This document shows, piece after piece, positions 1-9,664 of a DNA stretch of 64,000 nt. Location of the stretch: assembly GCA_963750855.1 (NCBI GenBank), contig CAVVSA010000001.1:132928-196927 (forward strand), read 5' to 3'. The notes below the pieces were generated by a model. The model ran no database searches. It was not told the origin of the DNA and saw only the letters and a program-made list of their open reading frames with translations. This stretch comes from an uncultured Actinomycetota bacterium. Its GTDB lineage: Bacteria; Actinomycetota; Actinomycetes; Nanopelagicales; Nanopelagicaceae. The number at the start of each line of letters is the position of its first letter. Positions within the stretch are counted from its first letter, which is position 1. The translations under genes and the position numbers were made by a program.

Positions 1-51
1 TTTGTGCCGCTGAGCGTTCGCACCTATGCAAACTCGGCGAAGAAGTAACTA

Positions 52-537
52 CTAGTTGTAGAACTCGGCCTCAAGAATGGAGACCGTGATTTCACGTTTG
101 TTGGGGGCGATGTAAGAAACCGTCTCGCCGATTTTCTTTCCGAGTACTGCAGCACCTAGCGGGGAATTCTCGCTGTAAACATCGAGGTCGCCGCTGGCGA
201 TTTCGCGGGAACCAAGAAGGAACTGCATGGTCTCCCCAGAAATCTCAACCGTAATCACCATTCCGGCACCGACTGATCCGGTTTCACCCGCCGGCGGGGC
301 GCCGATATGGGAATGCTCGAGCATGTGCTTGAGCTGGCGGATGCGCGCCTCCATCTTGCCCTGCTCCTCGCGCGCCGCGTGGTAGCCGCCGTTCTCTTTC
401 AAATCGCCCTCCGAGCGGGCAACCTCAATTTTTTTGATGATCTCAACGCGCCCAGTGGTCTCGAGGAATTCGAGTTCTGTGCGTAGGCGGTCGGCGGCCT
501 CTTGGGTCAGCCAGGTTTGAGTGCTCATAAGTGCCAT
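52..537 (-). CDS. greA: transcription elongation factor GreA
   Basis: 161-aa ORF with ATG start. Has the GreA coiled-coil N-terminus (GDLKENGGYHAAREEQ) and the C-terminal GreA/B domain (SPLGAAVLGKKIGETV). Confidence 0.93.
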   Translation of the reverse strand: MALMSTQTWLTQEAADRLRTELEFLETTGRVEIIKKIEVARSEGDLKENGGYHAAREEQGKMEARIRQLKHMLEHSHIGAPPAGETGSVGAGMVITVEISGETMQFLLGSREIASGDLDVYSENSPLGAAVLGKKIGETVSYIAPNKREITVSILEAEFYN

Positions 538-540
538 AGA

Positions 541-924
541 TTACTGTGAACTGGGCCTACAACGCGATATCGAGGCGTTTACGGCCGCTGAGCGAGTGGG
601 AATAGGCGTAGTTCGCTCCACGTGGGCAGCCCCGGCAGGGAATGTGTCATCGATCTGTCCGACCACGTTCTTGGCGAAATCATGGGCCACCAGCGTGCAA
701 ATGATTGCGGAGTGGGGATCGCGGCGATCAATGGAGTAACGGATGCTGATGGCTCGGTCGGACGGGACTGAGAAGGAGATGAGGGTTGGAGTGATTGCCG
801 GGCGCGAATGGTGAAGCCCCGCCCATAGGAGCCACCCGCCGCCGACGATGATCAGCACAGCGGCCAGCCCCTTCCAGCGCAAGGGCCGTTGGCCATAGCG
901 GTCGGAGAGGTCGAGTTCGGACAT
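541..924 (-). CDS. DUF4307-like single-pass membrane protein
   Basis: 127-aa ORF with ATG start and one TM helix (GLAAVLIIVGGGWLLWAGL). It lies directly downstream of greA, as DUF4307 genes do in actinobacteria. Family assignment is from memory. Confidence 0.6.
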   Translation of the reverse strand: MSELDLSDRYGQRPLRWKGLAAVLIIVGGGWLLWAGLHHSRPAITPTLISFSVPSDRAISIRYSIDRRDPHSAIICTLVAHDFAKNVVGQIDDTFPAGAAHVERTTPIPTRSAAVNASISRCRPSSQ

Positions 925-955
925 GGGATGATTCTTTCAGAGAAACGGAGCAGAT

Positions 956-1093
956 ATGTCGCAGAACGTTGAAATGAGCACCTCGGGTTCCCTCACGGTG
1001 GGGGCTCTGGTCATCGCGGTCGTGTTCTTGCTCCGCAGTTTCTACAAGCGCTACACCCGCATGAAGAAGCGCGAGGAAGATGAATCGCAGTAA
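956..1093 (+). CDS. possible 45-aa small membrane protein
   Basis: ATG preceded by a GGAG-like site. Product is MSQNVEMSTSGSLTVGALVIAVVFLLRSFYKRYTRMKKREEDESQ, with one TM helix and a basic tail. It overlaps the SURF1 start by 14 nt. It is below the ORF-track length cutoff and no homology was recognised. Confidence 0.3.
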   Translation: MSQNVEMSTSGSLTVGALVIAVVFLLRSFYKRYTRMKKREEDESQ

Positions 1094-1796
1094 TTTGCAG
1101 CGAGCTCTCTCAATACTTGGAGTCTTTCTTATTGCATCGAGTTTTATCGGTCTTGGAATTTGGCAGTTGAACCGAGCCCGCGAGAGTCGGATACCTGTGG
1201 TGGTCGATAGCACTCTGGTCTCGCTTGAATCCGTCACACAACCTCGCATCGCCCTGCCAGCACAAGCAACCTTGCGACACGTGCAATTTCGCGGAACTTA
1301 CATTGCAGATTATCAAGCCCCCTTCCAAGTAGATGGTGGAGGGCAAACGGAGACATGGGAAGTCGGTCTGCTTGCAACGCAATCAGCCCAATCAGCCCGA
1401 TTAGATGGTGCAATCCTGGTGGTCCGAGGTCTCTGGTCTGAAAGGAACCTCCACCCAATTCTCCCCAACGACATTGTTGAGGTAACTGGAAAACTCATGC
1501 CGCACCAGAATGACGATGTCACGCAATCTTCCAAAACTGTTCTTTCGCGGCTCGATAGCGCTCTCGTTGTCGCTCAGACTTCACTCAATCTCTATGACGG
1601 TTATGTCATTGTCGACAGCGAAAACGTGAATGGTCAGAAAGTAGACCGAGCAAGGATTGCTCCCCCAACTCCGCGATCGGCGGTACCGGGCTTTTACTGG
1701 CAGCACCTCTCATACGTTGTGATCTGGTGGTTTATGGCCGGGGTGGTGCTATACCTTCCCTTTTACCAACGTAGAGTTGCCCCCAATGAGATCTAG
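1080..1796 (+). CDS. SURF1-family protein (cytochrome oxidase assembly-like)
   Basis: 238 aa with N- and C-terminal TM helices, a GIWQLNRA motif (SURF1 GxWQxxR) and a C-terminal YWQHLSYVVIWW segment. Confidence 0.8.
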   Translation: MNRSNLQRALSILGVFLIASSFIGLGIWQLNRARESRIPVVVDSTLVSLESVTQPRIALPAQATLRHVQFRGTYIADYQAPFQVDGGGQTETWEVGLLATQSAQSARLDGAILVVRGLWSERNLHPILPNDIVEVTGKLMPHQNDDVTQSSKTVLSRLDSALVVAQTSLNLYDGYVIVDSENVNGQKVDRARIAPPTPRSAVPGFYWQHLSYVVIWWFMAGVVLYLPFYQRRVAPNEI

Positions 1797-1813
1797 GAAC
1801 CCAAGGAGAAAAT

Positions 1814-2149
1814 ATGGCTCGCACTAGCGATGGCACCGTTCAGCGATACCGAGTAATGGCAATCATTTCCGGTGTCATGTCTCTGCTTCTCTGGTTTGTT
1901 TATGTGCCCATCAAGGCTTTCAGTCACGACCCCAATCTGCATAGTAAGTTGGTCTGGATTCCGATCGCGCACGGTTACCTTTATCCAATTTACGTCCTTA
2001 CGGCGATCCAACTTTCGATCAAAGCCAAATGGGCGCTTCCAAAGATGCTCGGATTCATCCTGGCTGGCACCTTGCCAGTGGCCTCGTTAATTGCCGAGCG
2101 CCGGGTAGTGAAGATGTTCCTGCCAAAGAAGAGGAACGACTTGCAGTAA
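1814..2149 (+). CDS. DUF3817-like integral membrane protein
   Basis: 111 aa with 3-4 TM helices. Sequence pattern is typical of actinobacterial DUF3817. The stop abuts the next start (TAAATG). Confidence 0.65.
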   Translation: MARTSDGTVQRYRVMAIISGVMSLLLWFVYVPIKAFSHDPNLHSKLVWIPIAHGYLYPIYVLTAIQLSIKAKWALPKMLGFILAGTLPVASLIAERRVVKMFLPKKRNDLQ

Positions 2150-2947
2150 ATGAAACGACACGGACATGCATTGCGACAGGCGGTTAAAGCAGTTCTTTAT
2201 CCGCTTTACGAGCGTCGCCTGGTCCGAGCTCTCGATTTCACTCAGACGCCCCATCACGTTGGCGTCATTCTCGATGGCAACCGTAGGTGGGCCAAGGAGA
2301 ATCCCGACGAGCACGGTCGCACCACGGCTGCGCACGGTCATCGCGCAGGAGCGCAAAAAATCATTGAATTCCTGGGATGGTGCGAGGAAGCGCAAGTAAA
2401 GATTGTCACCATCTGGTTGCTATCTACTGAGAACTTCAAGCGCTCGCAGGAAGAACTCGATGCACTTCTGACCATCATCGGTGACACCGTCGACAGCCTC
2501 AAGGCGACGGGCCGCTGGAATATCAATCCAGTTGGATCTCTCGAATTATTGCCCGAATGGTTGCAGAGCAAGCTCAGTGAATCTCGCTCCTCCAATCCCG
2601 ATGCGATCGAAGTCAATGTCGCGATTAGTTATGGAGGACGTCGCGAAATTGTCGATGCCGTCAAGGGGTATCTAGAAGATGCCGCAGTTCATGGGATGAC
2701 CACGAAGGCGGCGGCCGAGAGATTAAGCGCCGATGCAATTTCGAACTTCCTTTACACGGCGGGCCAACCTGATCCCGAGTTGCTTATCCGCACGTCGGGA
2801 GAACAGCGCCTGGGCGGCTTTTTGCTGTGGCAAAGTGCCCAATCTGAATTCTATTTTTGTGAGGCGTACTGGCCAGATTTTCGTCGCGTAGATTTCTTGC
2901 GTGCGCTACGAGCTTACTCAATGCGCCACAGGCGCTTTGGTGCCTAA
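2150..2947 (+). CDS. cis-prenyltransferase (isoprenyl/undecaprenyl diphosphate synthase family)
   Basis: 265 aa with the HVGVILDGNRRWAKE catalytic motif and a C-terminal RTSGEQRLGGFLLWQSAQSEFYF motif of the UppS family. Confidence 0.9.
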   Translation: MKRHGHALRQAVKAVLYPLYERRLVRALDFTQTPHHVGVILDGNRRWAKENPDEHGRTTAAHGHRAGAQKIIEFLGWCEEAQVKIVTIWLLSTENFKRSQEELDALLTIIGDTVDSLKATGRWNINPVGSLELLPEWLQSKLSESRSSNPDAIEVNVAISYGGRREIVDAVKGYLEDAAVHGMTTKAAAERLSADAISNFLYTAGQPDPELLIRTSGEQRLGGFLLWQSAQSEFYFCEAYWPDFRRVDFLRALRAYSMRHRRFGA

Positions 2948-2948
2948 T

Positions 2949-3716
2949 CTAAATTTCGCCACGTTCCTCTGGAAGCGAATTACCACCGTCTACGACGATG
3001 AGTTGTCCAGTTATGTATGAGGCACCGGACGAACAGAGCCAAGCGATCGCACTAGCGACTTCGTCAGGTGTACCTGATCTTCCCATCGGCGTTGCATCTC
3101 CATGCTTGATCTCAAATTTTGTTTGAGATTCCGTGGCGATCCACCCAGGAGCAACGGCGTTGACTGTTATGTTGTTCTTGGCTTCATCAAGGGCCAGTGC
3201 TCGGACAAATCCCATAAGAGCGGCCTTGGCAGAAGCGTACGCGACATTGTTGTGAATTGCTGAAATGGTTCCGGTCGTACTCGAAACCATGACGATCCGT
3301 CCCTGTGGTTGCTGGCGAATAAATGGAAGCGCTGCTCGAGTAACAAGGAAGGCCGAGTCCAAGTTCCGCGCAAAAGATTTTCTCCACTGGTCAAGGGATG
3401 TTTCATCAATCGAATTGAATTCGGCGAAACCGTCATTGACCACGCTTGTCATGCCCGCGTTATTAACCACCCCATCGAGCCCACCCAGTTTCGCGACGGC
3501 GATAGAGAGAAGTTTCTCCACTTGGCCCGGATCTGTCAGATCGCCGGGAGCACCGAAGGTATTGAGTTCTCCGGCACGTTCATGAACACGATCCGAGAGA
3601 GAAGTCAGGAAGACAGATGCCCCCAGTTGCGTTAGTGCTCGCGCTGTGACAAATCCAATACCGTGGGAAGAGCCCGCACCTGTTACTAAAAAGCGCTTTC
3701 CTGAGAGATTGAACAT
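2949..3716 (-). CDS. SDR-family oxidoreductase (FabG-like)
   Basis: 255 aa with a [10 protein letters not shown] cofactor motif, a YASAKAA catalytic motif and a PGWIAT segment. Confidence 0.9.
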   Translation of the reverse strand: MFNLSGKRFLVTGAGSSHGIGFVTARALTQLGASVFLTSLSDRVHERAGELNTFGAPGDLTDPGQVEKLLSIAVAKLGGLDGVVNNAGMTSVVNDGFAEFNSIDETSLDQWRKSFARNLDSAFLVTRAALPFIRQQPQGRIVMVSSTTGTISAIHNNVAYASAKAALMGFVRALALDEAKNNITVNAVAPGWIATESQTKFEIKHGDATPMGRSGTPDEVASAIAWLCSSGASYITGQLIVVDGGNSLPEERGEI

Positions 3717-3778
3717 GAGTCAGACTCTACATCTCTCACTCGGGCGCTACTCCTGTTAATACGGGGTAGATTTGCCGC

Positions 3779-4651
3779 ATGATGAAGTCGCGAATTTCAG
3801 GGTTGTTGGCGGCCACATCCGTTGGATTTGTGTTGATATTGAGTGGTTGCAGTTCATCTCCTTCGCCGACACCAATTCCCACTCCGACCCGTACGAGCGC
3901 CTCACCAACGCCGATAGTGACACCGGCTCCAACGCCAACTGTCATCACGAAGACTTATGCGCAGTATTGGGTTGGAGATACGGCGCGTGGATTTCGGCTT
4001 TACCGAGAATTCGTGCGTATGGCGGTGACACCAGATCCAATCTCCACCGCTCTAAAGGCTCTTATTGCAGGTACGCCGCAAGACACGGACTACGTGACGT
4101 TGTGGCCGAAGTCGACCAAGATCAACAGCGTTGTAATCGTTGGAAATAAAGCGACCATTGATCTGACTTTGGGCAAAATGAATGTCGGATCAGAAGCGGA
4201 ATCACTTGCTATCGCTCAGTTGGTTTGGACGGCAACCGCGGCAAATACAAAGGTTAAGCAAATTCAGTTGACCGTCGATGGAAAGATTGTCGAGTCGATT
4301 GCCGGACATGTTGATGCTACGAAGCCATTCACCAGAGGACTCACTTACGAGGTCTTGGCTCCGGTGTGGATTACCTCCCCTGAAGAAGATGCAACAGTGA
4401 GCGCCGTTGGCTTCAAACTTAGCGGAATGGCATCCACCTTCGAAGCTAATGTCGCTTGGAAGGTCTTCCAGAATGGAAAGTTAGTCAAGCAAGGTTCTAC
4501 GCTCGCGGCTGAGGCTTCACCAGCGTGGAAACCTTGGAGCGTCGCGATTGAGGGACTCGCGCCCGGCAAGTACATGTTCATCGCAATGGAATACTCGCCA
4601 AAAGATGGATCACTTGTTGCTCAGGATACGAAGAACGCAACCTTAATTTGA
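3779..4651 (+). CDS. GerMN/Gmad2-like lipoprotein
   Basis: 290 aa with a lipobox (LILSGCSS), a Pro/Thr-rich linker, a GerMN-like segment (YWVGDTARGFRLYREF...) and an Ig-like C-terminal part. Confidence 0.7.
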   Translation: MMKSRISGLLAATSVGFVLILSGCSSSPSPTPIPTPTRTSASPTPIVTPAPTPTVITKTYAQYWVGDTARGFRLYREFVRMAVTPDPISTALKALIAGTPQDTDYVTLWPKSTKINSVVIVGNKATIDLTLGKMNVGSEAESLAIAQLVWTATAANTKVKQIQLTVDGKIVESIAGHVDATKPFTRGLTYEVLAPVWITSPEEDATVSAVGFKLSGMASTFEANVAWKVFQNGKLVKQGSTLAAEASPAWKPWSVAIEGLAPGKYMFIAMEYSPKDGSLVAQDTKNATLI

Positions 4652-4664
4652 TTATCTGAAGAGG

Positions 4665-5392
4665 CTATATAGCGCAGTAGTCACTACTTGAATCGCCGTT
4701 GGCAAGAGGAAGATGTGCGGCGATGGCTTGGTCACTGGGAGACAAATAGATTCCCTGGTACCAGCAGAGTGAATATTTCGAATACTTCGCATCGGCATTA
4801 TTGGAGTTGTCGCTAGCCAGAACTGGGTTAACGTTTCGAAGTTCAAGAAGTCCCAGATCAATGTAGGCACCCAGACTGTCTGGCGGAGCGGGAGCAGGCA
4901 TCCCGACACCTGTTGCGATGACATCGCCCATTTTCACTGCAGCAGGCGGACTAATTCAATATTGACGCCGAATTGATAAATCCCGCCAACGAGGTACTGC
5001 CACGCCTGCACGACGTAGCCGTCGCAGGGAACGGAGATTTTCACATCGGGGGTATACGTACCGTAGGCAGACCAGCGAGAGTATTTTTTGAGAAATCCAA
5101 GAGCGCACCGATTGGAATAATTGGAAATGTGCAAGGGGGAGGATTTCCATTTGCTACCCAAGCGCCTTGGTTGTCCATCCAATTCCAGATGACCAGTCCA
5201 TTACCTTGCGGGTTCTGATTGGAGGAGCTTCCGCTCGGAGTTGGCGTTGGCGTGGGGGAATCTGACGCCACCGGCTTTTTTGCAGACCGAGCCGACCTTG
5301 GTACTGGCGGCAAAAACTGGGTTCTGGAGCAAGGAGGGGGCCAGTAGAGCGCCAAAAAGTGCTGTGGCGACAATCGCAGTCCATAGACTCAT
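4665..5392 (-). pseudogene. disrupted secreted protein gene (at least 3 frame changes as sequenced)
   Basis: Four same-strand ORF pieces (5392-5201, 5373-5041, 5182-4934, 4937-4665) read through as one protein. It has a signal peptide (MSLWTAIVATALFGALLAPSLL), a PT-rich linker and a Cys-containing domain. Frame switches coincide with T6 runs at 5275-5280 and 5084-5089, and with 4935-4955. Confidence 0.4.
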
Positions 5393-5480
5393 TTCGCGAC
5401 ATTAATGAAAAAGTGTGAACAATTGAACGGTGCAGGTGGTCGTTTCTCGACGTGCAGGTTAATTTTAAAATTCATTAGGC

Positions 5481-6878
5481 GTGTCGCTCTTGGCCCGAGC
5501 CCCCAGAGTTCTACCGTTTTCTAGTCCGATCCCTACGAGCACAATTACACAGAATGCGAGAGCTGGATTGACTTCTCCTGCAGGTAAAAAGACATTCGTT
5601 CTCGATACCAGCGTTTTGCTGGCGGATCCCGGCGCGCTCACCCGCTTTGCAGAGCACGAAGTGATCATTCCGATTGTTGTCATAGGTGAACTTGAGACCA
5701 AGCGCGACCACCCAGAACTCGGCTTCTTCGCACGTGCTGCCCTGCGCGCTCTGGATGATCTGCGAGTTACCCATGGCCGCCTCGACCAACCGCTACGGAT
5801 CACGCCCGAAGGCGGCACGCTGGCTGTAGAACTCAACCATTCCGATCTCTCCTCGCTGCCGCAAGGTTTCTTGCGAGATGGCAGCAACGACTCTCGGATC
5901 CTGGCCATCGCCCGCAACCTCATGGCCGATGGTCGCGACGTCGTACTTGTGAGTAAGGACCTACCTCTGCGGGTGAAGGCTTCCTCGGTCGGAGTCGAAG
6001 CCCAGGAGTATCTAGCCGAATTGGCATCCTCCAGTGGCTGGTCTGGCATGGTCGAACTCAATGTCGGGGCAACTCTTATCGATGAACTTTATGCATCCGA
6101 TCATGCAGAACACGAAGCCGCGCAAACCCTCCCTTGCCACACCGGTGTCGTTCTTCATTCTGAAAAGGGAAGTGCACTTGCCCGAGTCACCGCCGACAAG
6201 CAACTCCAGTTGGTGCGAGGCGATAGGAGCGCCTTCGGTCTGCACGGACGAAGCGCTGAACAACGTGTCGCCCTCGATCTTCTTCTGGATCCAGAGATCG
6301 GAATCGTCTCCATGGGGGGCCGGGCCGGAACTGGCAAGAGCGCACTCGCACTTTGTGCCGGGTTAGAAGCGGTGATGGAGCGTCGTCAACATAAAAAGGT
6401 CGTCGTCTTCCGTCCGCTCTATCCGGTCGGCGGGCAAGAGCTCGGATTTCTACCGGGAAGTGAAGGCGAGAAGATGTCGCCGTGGGCGCAGGCGGTCTTC
6501 GATACCCTCGGTGCTCTTGTAAGCCAGCCAGTCATTGATGAAATTCTCGATCGCGGCCTCATAGAAGTTCTGCCGCTGACCCATATCCGGGGTCGCTCCC
6601 TCCATGACTCCTATGTCATCGTTGACGAGGCTCAATCTTTGGAGCGAGGAGTCCTCTTGACCGTTCTCTCGCGCATCGGCCAGGGCTCTCGGGTGATCCT
6701 GACCCACGATGTTGCCCAGAGAGACAACCTGCGAGTAGGTCGCCACGACGGAGTGGCCGCTGTCATCGAAACTCTGAAGGGCCATCCACTTTTTGCCCAT
6801 GTGACCTTGACCCGAAGCGAGCGCTCGCCGATCGCCGCCCTCGTCACCGAACTTCTCGAGGGCCCCTTCCCTTCCTAG
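5481..6878 (+). CDS. PhoH2-type protein (N-terminal PIN domain fused to PhoH ATPase)
   Basis: 465 aa with a PIN-like N-terminus ([17 protein letters not shown]), Walker A ([10 protein letters not shown]) and a PhoH core ([10 protein letters not shown]). The GTG start is uncertain. Confidence 0.9.
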   Translation: MSLLARAPRVLPFSSPIPTSTITQNARAGLTSPAGKKTFVLDTSVLLADPGALTRFAEHEVIIPIVVIGELETKRDHPELGFFARAALRALDDLRVTHGRLDQPLRITPEGGTLAVELNHSDLSSLPQGFLRDGSNDSRILAIARNLMADGRDVVLVSKDLPLRVKASSVGVEAQEYLAELASSSGWSGMVELNVGATLIDELYASDHAEHEAAQTLPCHTGVVLHSEKGSALARVTADKQLQLVRGDRSAFGLHGRSAEQRVALDLLLDPEIGIVSMGGRAGTGKSALALCAGLEAVMERRQHKKVVVFRPLYPVGGQELGFLPGSEGEKMSPWAQAVFDTLGALVSQPVIDEILDRGLIEVLPLTHIRGRSLHDSYVIVDEAQSLERGVLLTVLSRIGQGSRVILTHDVAQRDNLRVGRHDGVAAVIETLKGHPLFAHVTLTRSERSPIAALVTELLEGPFPS

Positions 6879-7131
6879 AGTCTTCCAAAGTCCACTGCAA
6901 GTAGGTCACACTCACATTTCGGACATATCGGACTTCCCCCTGTGCCACCTGCACTTTTAGTTCTCCACAAGGGATGAGATTTCTGGGAGTTTCTGACGCA
7001 AGCGTGGATGGATTTGCGCATATGCGCCTGCCTTGCCAATCTTTATGCATTCCCCCCTCCCCGTGAAGCCCATTTGGGCTCCTATCGAGTTGGGGCCTAA
7101 CAGCGATAGATGCACTGAAAGGAGAAGGGCG

Positions 7132-7764
7132 TTGAGATTGTCGAGCTCCATTGATCAATGGTTCACCTCCGCCTCCACGCGCCTTCGCAGTTTCGTCAAT
7201 AAGTCTCTGGCTGCCTGGGTGAGCGTTGTGGTCCTTCTGGTTCTTGCCGCCGTCCAGCCCAGTGCCTATGGCCTTGAGTTCCCGATGACCTCTCACATCT
7301 CAGTACCTGATGAAGTCAACTTGTCGGTGGCTCCAACCCCGGCCCCCACCATGGCGTCGGTGGCTCTCTACAGCCAAATGCAAACGAGCGCTCTTGTCTC
7401 TTCAAATGAATTAGCGATGGTTGCACTGCAAAGTCAACAGATCGAAATGGCACGGACGATTACCGGTGCACAAAAAGTTGCACGCCTCATCATGGCGACG
7501 AACTACCGTTGGGGTGCAAGTCAATTCGGATGTTTGAAAACTCTGTGGAATAACGAGAGCCATTGGAATTACAAAGCCCATAACCATTCATCGGGTGCAC
7601 ACGGAATTGCGCAAGCATTACCTGCAGACAAGATGAGCATCATTTCAACTGATTGGCGCACCAACCCGGTGACGCAGATTCGATGGGGACTTCACTACAT
7701 CGATATTCGTTACTCGACTCCGTGCAAGGCGCTGAGTAATTTCAATTGGCGAGGTTCGTACTAG
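7132..7764 (+). CDS. secreted lysozyme-like / transglycosylase-like protein
   Basis: The C-terminus (LWNNESHWNYKAHNHSSGAHGIAQALP...IRWGLHYIDIRY) matches the actinobacterial transglycosylase-like family. The ORF is open from 7033, but the TTG at 7132 follows GAAAGGAGAAGG and precedes the TM/signal segment. Confidence 0.75.
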   Translation: MRLSSSIDQWFTSASTRLRSFVNKSLAAWVSVVVLLVLAAVQPSAYGLEFPMTSHISVPDEVNLSVAPTPAPTMASVALYSQMQTSALVSSNELAMVALQSQQIEMARTITGAQKVARLIMATNYRWGASQFGCLKTLWNNESHWNYKAHNHSSGAHGIAQALPADKMSIISTDWRTNPVTQIRWGLHYIDIRYSTPCKALSNFNWRGSY

Positions 7765-7777
7765 TACTAGTTTGGGT

Positions 7778-9445
7778 CTATAGGTTCGGTTTCTTGCTGA
7801 TCATCAATGGTTTTGAAGTCTCTGCATAGAAGTCGTTTCCCTTGTCATCTATGACGATAAACGCTGGGAAATCAACCACATCTATCTTCCAAACTGCTTC
7901 CATACCCAGTTCGGCAAAGTCGAGAACTTCAACTTTCTTGATGCAATCCAGAGCCAGTCGAGCAGCAGGTCCCCCGATTGAACCCAGGTAGAAGCCACCA
8001 TGCGTCTTGCACGCATCGGTGACGGCCTTAGAGCGATTGCCTTTTGCCAGCATGACCAAGGATCCGCCCTTTGATTGGAAGTACTCGACGTATGAATCCA
8101 TGCGACCAGCCGTGGTGGGTCCGAACGAACCGGAAGCGTAACCTTCCGGTGTCTTGGCAGGGCCTGCGTAGTACACGGGGTAGTCGCGCAAGTAGGAAGG
8201 CATTGGTTTGCCCGCGTCCATGTCAGCTTTGATTTTCGCGTGTGCCAAGTCGCGCGCCACAACCAAAGTTCCCGACAATGAAACGCGCGTCTTGAATGGA
8301 TACTTGCTTAACTCTTTGCGAATGTTGTCCATGCCCTGATTTAGATCGATCTTGACGACGTCTTCATCGCCTTCGATGAGATGGGCCGTCATTGGGTCTG
8401 GCAAGAAGTGGGCCGGCTCTCGCTCTAGCTCCTCTAAAAAGATGCCATCGGCAGTGATTTTGGCTCTGGCTTGGCGGTCGGCCGAACAGGAGACTGCGAT
8501 CGCAATAGGCAAAGAGGCACCGTGGCGAGGAAGGCGGATAACTCGAACATCGTGGCAGAAATACTTTCCGCCGAATTGGGCCCCGATTCCCAACGTGCGG
8601 GTAAGTTTTAGAACTTCTTCTTCCATCTCAAGATCGCGGAAGCCATGGCCTGTATCGGCATCTCCTGTTGTTGGCATAGCGTCCAGGTAGTGCGTGCTGG
8701 CCAACTTGGAGGTTTTGACCGTGTACTCCGCACTTGTTCCGCCGATGATGATGGCAAGGTGGTAAGGCGGGCAGGCTGATGTGCCAAGGGAACGTAACTT
8801 CTCATCCAACCACTGCATGAAACTTGCCGGATTGAGTATCGCTTTAGTCTCTTGATAGAGGAAGGATTTATTGGCGCTTCCGCCGCCCTTTGCGATGAAG
8901 AGGAATGAGTATTCATCGGGGTGATCGGAATCCGCGTAGATTTCAACTTGAGCCGGCAGGTTGCTGCCTGTGTTCTTCTCCTCCCACATATTGATCGGTG
9001 CCATCTGGGAATAGCGCAGATTTAAGCGGGTATATGCGTCATAAATGCCCTGCGAAATCGCGGACTCGTCTTTGCTCTCAGTAAGGACGTGCTGACCTTT
9101 CTTGCCCATGACGATCGCAGTGCCAGTGTCTTGGCACATGGGCAGAACGCCGCCTGCTGAAATGTTGGCGTTCTTCAGGAGATCTAAGGCAACGAAGCGA
9201 TCGTTGGGAGAACTCTCTGGATCGTCCAAAATATTGGCCAACTGCTGTAAGTGCGCGGTACGCAAGTAGTGCGAGATGTCATGAAAGGCGGTTTCGCTCA
9301 ATCGCGTGATCGCCTCGGGGGATACCTGCAGAAATTTCTTATCGCCATGTTGAACTACCGTGACACCCTCGCTGCCGAGGGAACGGTACTTCGTGGTGTC
9401 CTCGCCGAGGGGAAGAAGGTCTGAATAATTAAAAGTTGGACTCAT
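7778..9445 (-). CDS. class I (Fe-S) fumarate hydratase
   Basis: 555 aa with fused alpha and beta domains like FumA/FumB ([15 protein letters not shown]; [10 protein letters not shown]). ATGA overlap with xseB. Confidence 0.95.
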   Translation of the reverse strand: MSPTFNYSDLLPLGEDTTKYRSLGSEGVTVVQHGDKKFLQVSPEAITRLSETAFHDISHYLRTAHLQQLANILDDPESSPNDRFVALDLLKNANISAGGVLPMCQDTGTAIVMGKKGQHVLTESKDESAISQGIYDAYTRLNLRYSQMAPINMWEEKNTGSNLPAQVEIYADSDHPDEYSFLFIAKGGGSANKSFLYQETKAILNPASFMQWLDEKLRSLGTSACPPYHLAIIIGGTSAEYTVKTSKLASTHYLDAMPTTGDADTGHGFRDLEMEEEVLKLTRTLGIGAQFGGKYFCHDVRVIRLPRHGASLPIAIAVSCSADRQARAKITADGIFLEELEREPAHFLPDPMTAHLIEGDEDVVKIDLNQGMDNIRKELSKYPFKTRVSLSGTLVVARDLAHAKIKADMDAGKPMPSYLRDYPVYYAGPAKTPEGYASGSFGPTTAGRMDSYVEYFQSKGGSLVMLAKGNRSKAVTDACKTHGGFYLGSIGGPAARLALDCIKKVEVLDFAELGMEAVWKIDVVDFPAFIVIDDKGNDFYAETSKPLMISKKPNL

Positions 9446-9648
9446 GATGTTGGCCTTATCGATTCGAGTTTCGCACGCGCACCGTCAAGCCACTCTTGGC
9501 AGATCCCCGCAAGTTCCTCTCCGCGCTCCCAGAGTTGAAGGGATTGTTCAAGTGTGGCGCTTCCAGCTTCCAGACTATTAACTACCTGCATTAATTCATC
9601 TCGGGCTGCTTCGTAGGAGAGTTTTTCAGTTTTCTTCTCAGGTGACAT
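9442..9648 (-). CDS. xseB: exodeoxyribonuclease VII small subunit
   Basis: 68 aa with an [17 protein letters not shown]...[14 protein letters not shown] pattern. It lies downstream of xseA. Confidence 0.9.
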   Translation of the reverse strand: MSPEKKTEKLSYEAARDELMQVVNSLEAGSATLEQSLQLWERGEELAGICQEWLDGARAKLESIRPTS

Positions 9649-9664
9649 GGGCGTAAATCTACTC

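Noticed and set aside
728-1249. A 173-aa minus-strand ORF spanning the DUF4307/SURF1 intergenic region.
   Set aside because: It overlaps two better-supported genes on both sides, has a low-complexity basic product and shows no start signal.
6879-7131. Specific assignment of the transglycosylase leader to the ydaO (c-di-AMP) riboswitch class.
   Set aside because: I could not find the conserved ydaO core segments by eye; only vague similarities such as CCCCGTGAAGCC are present. It is kept only as an unclassified structured leader.
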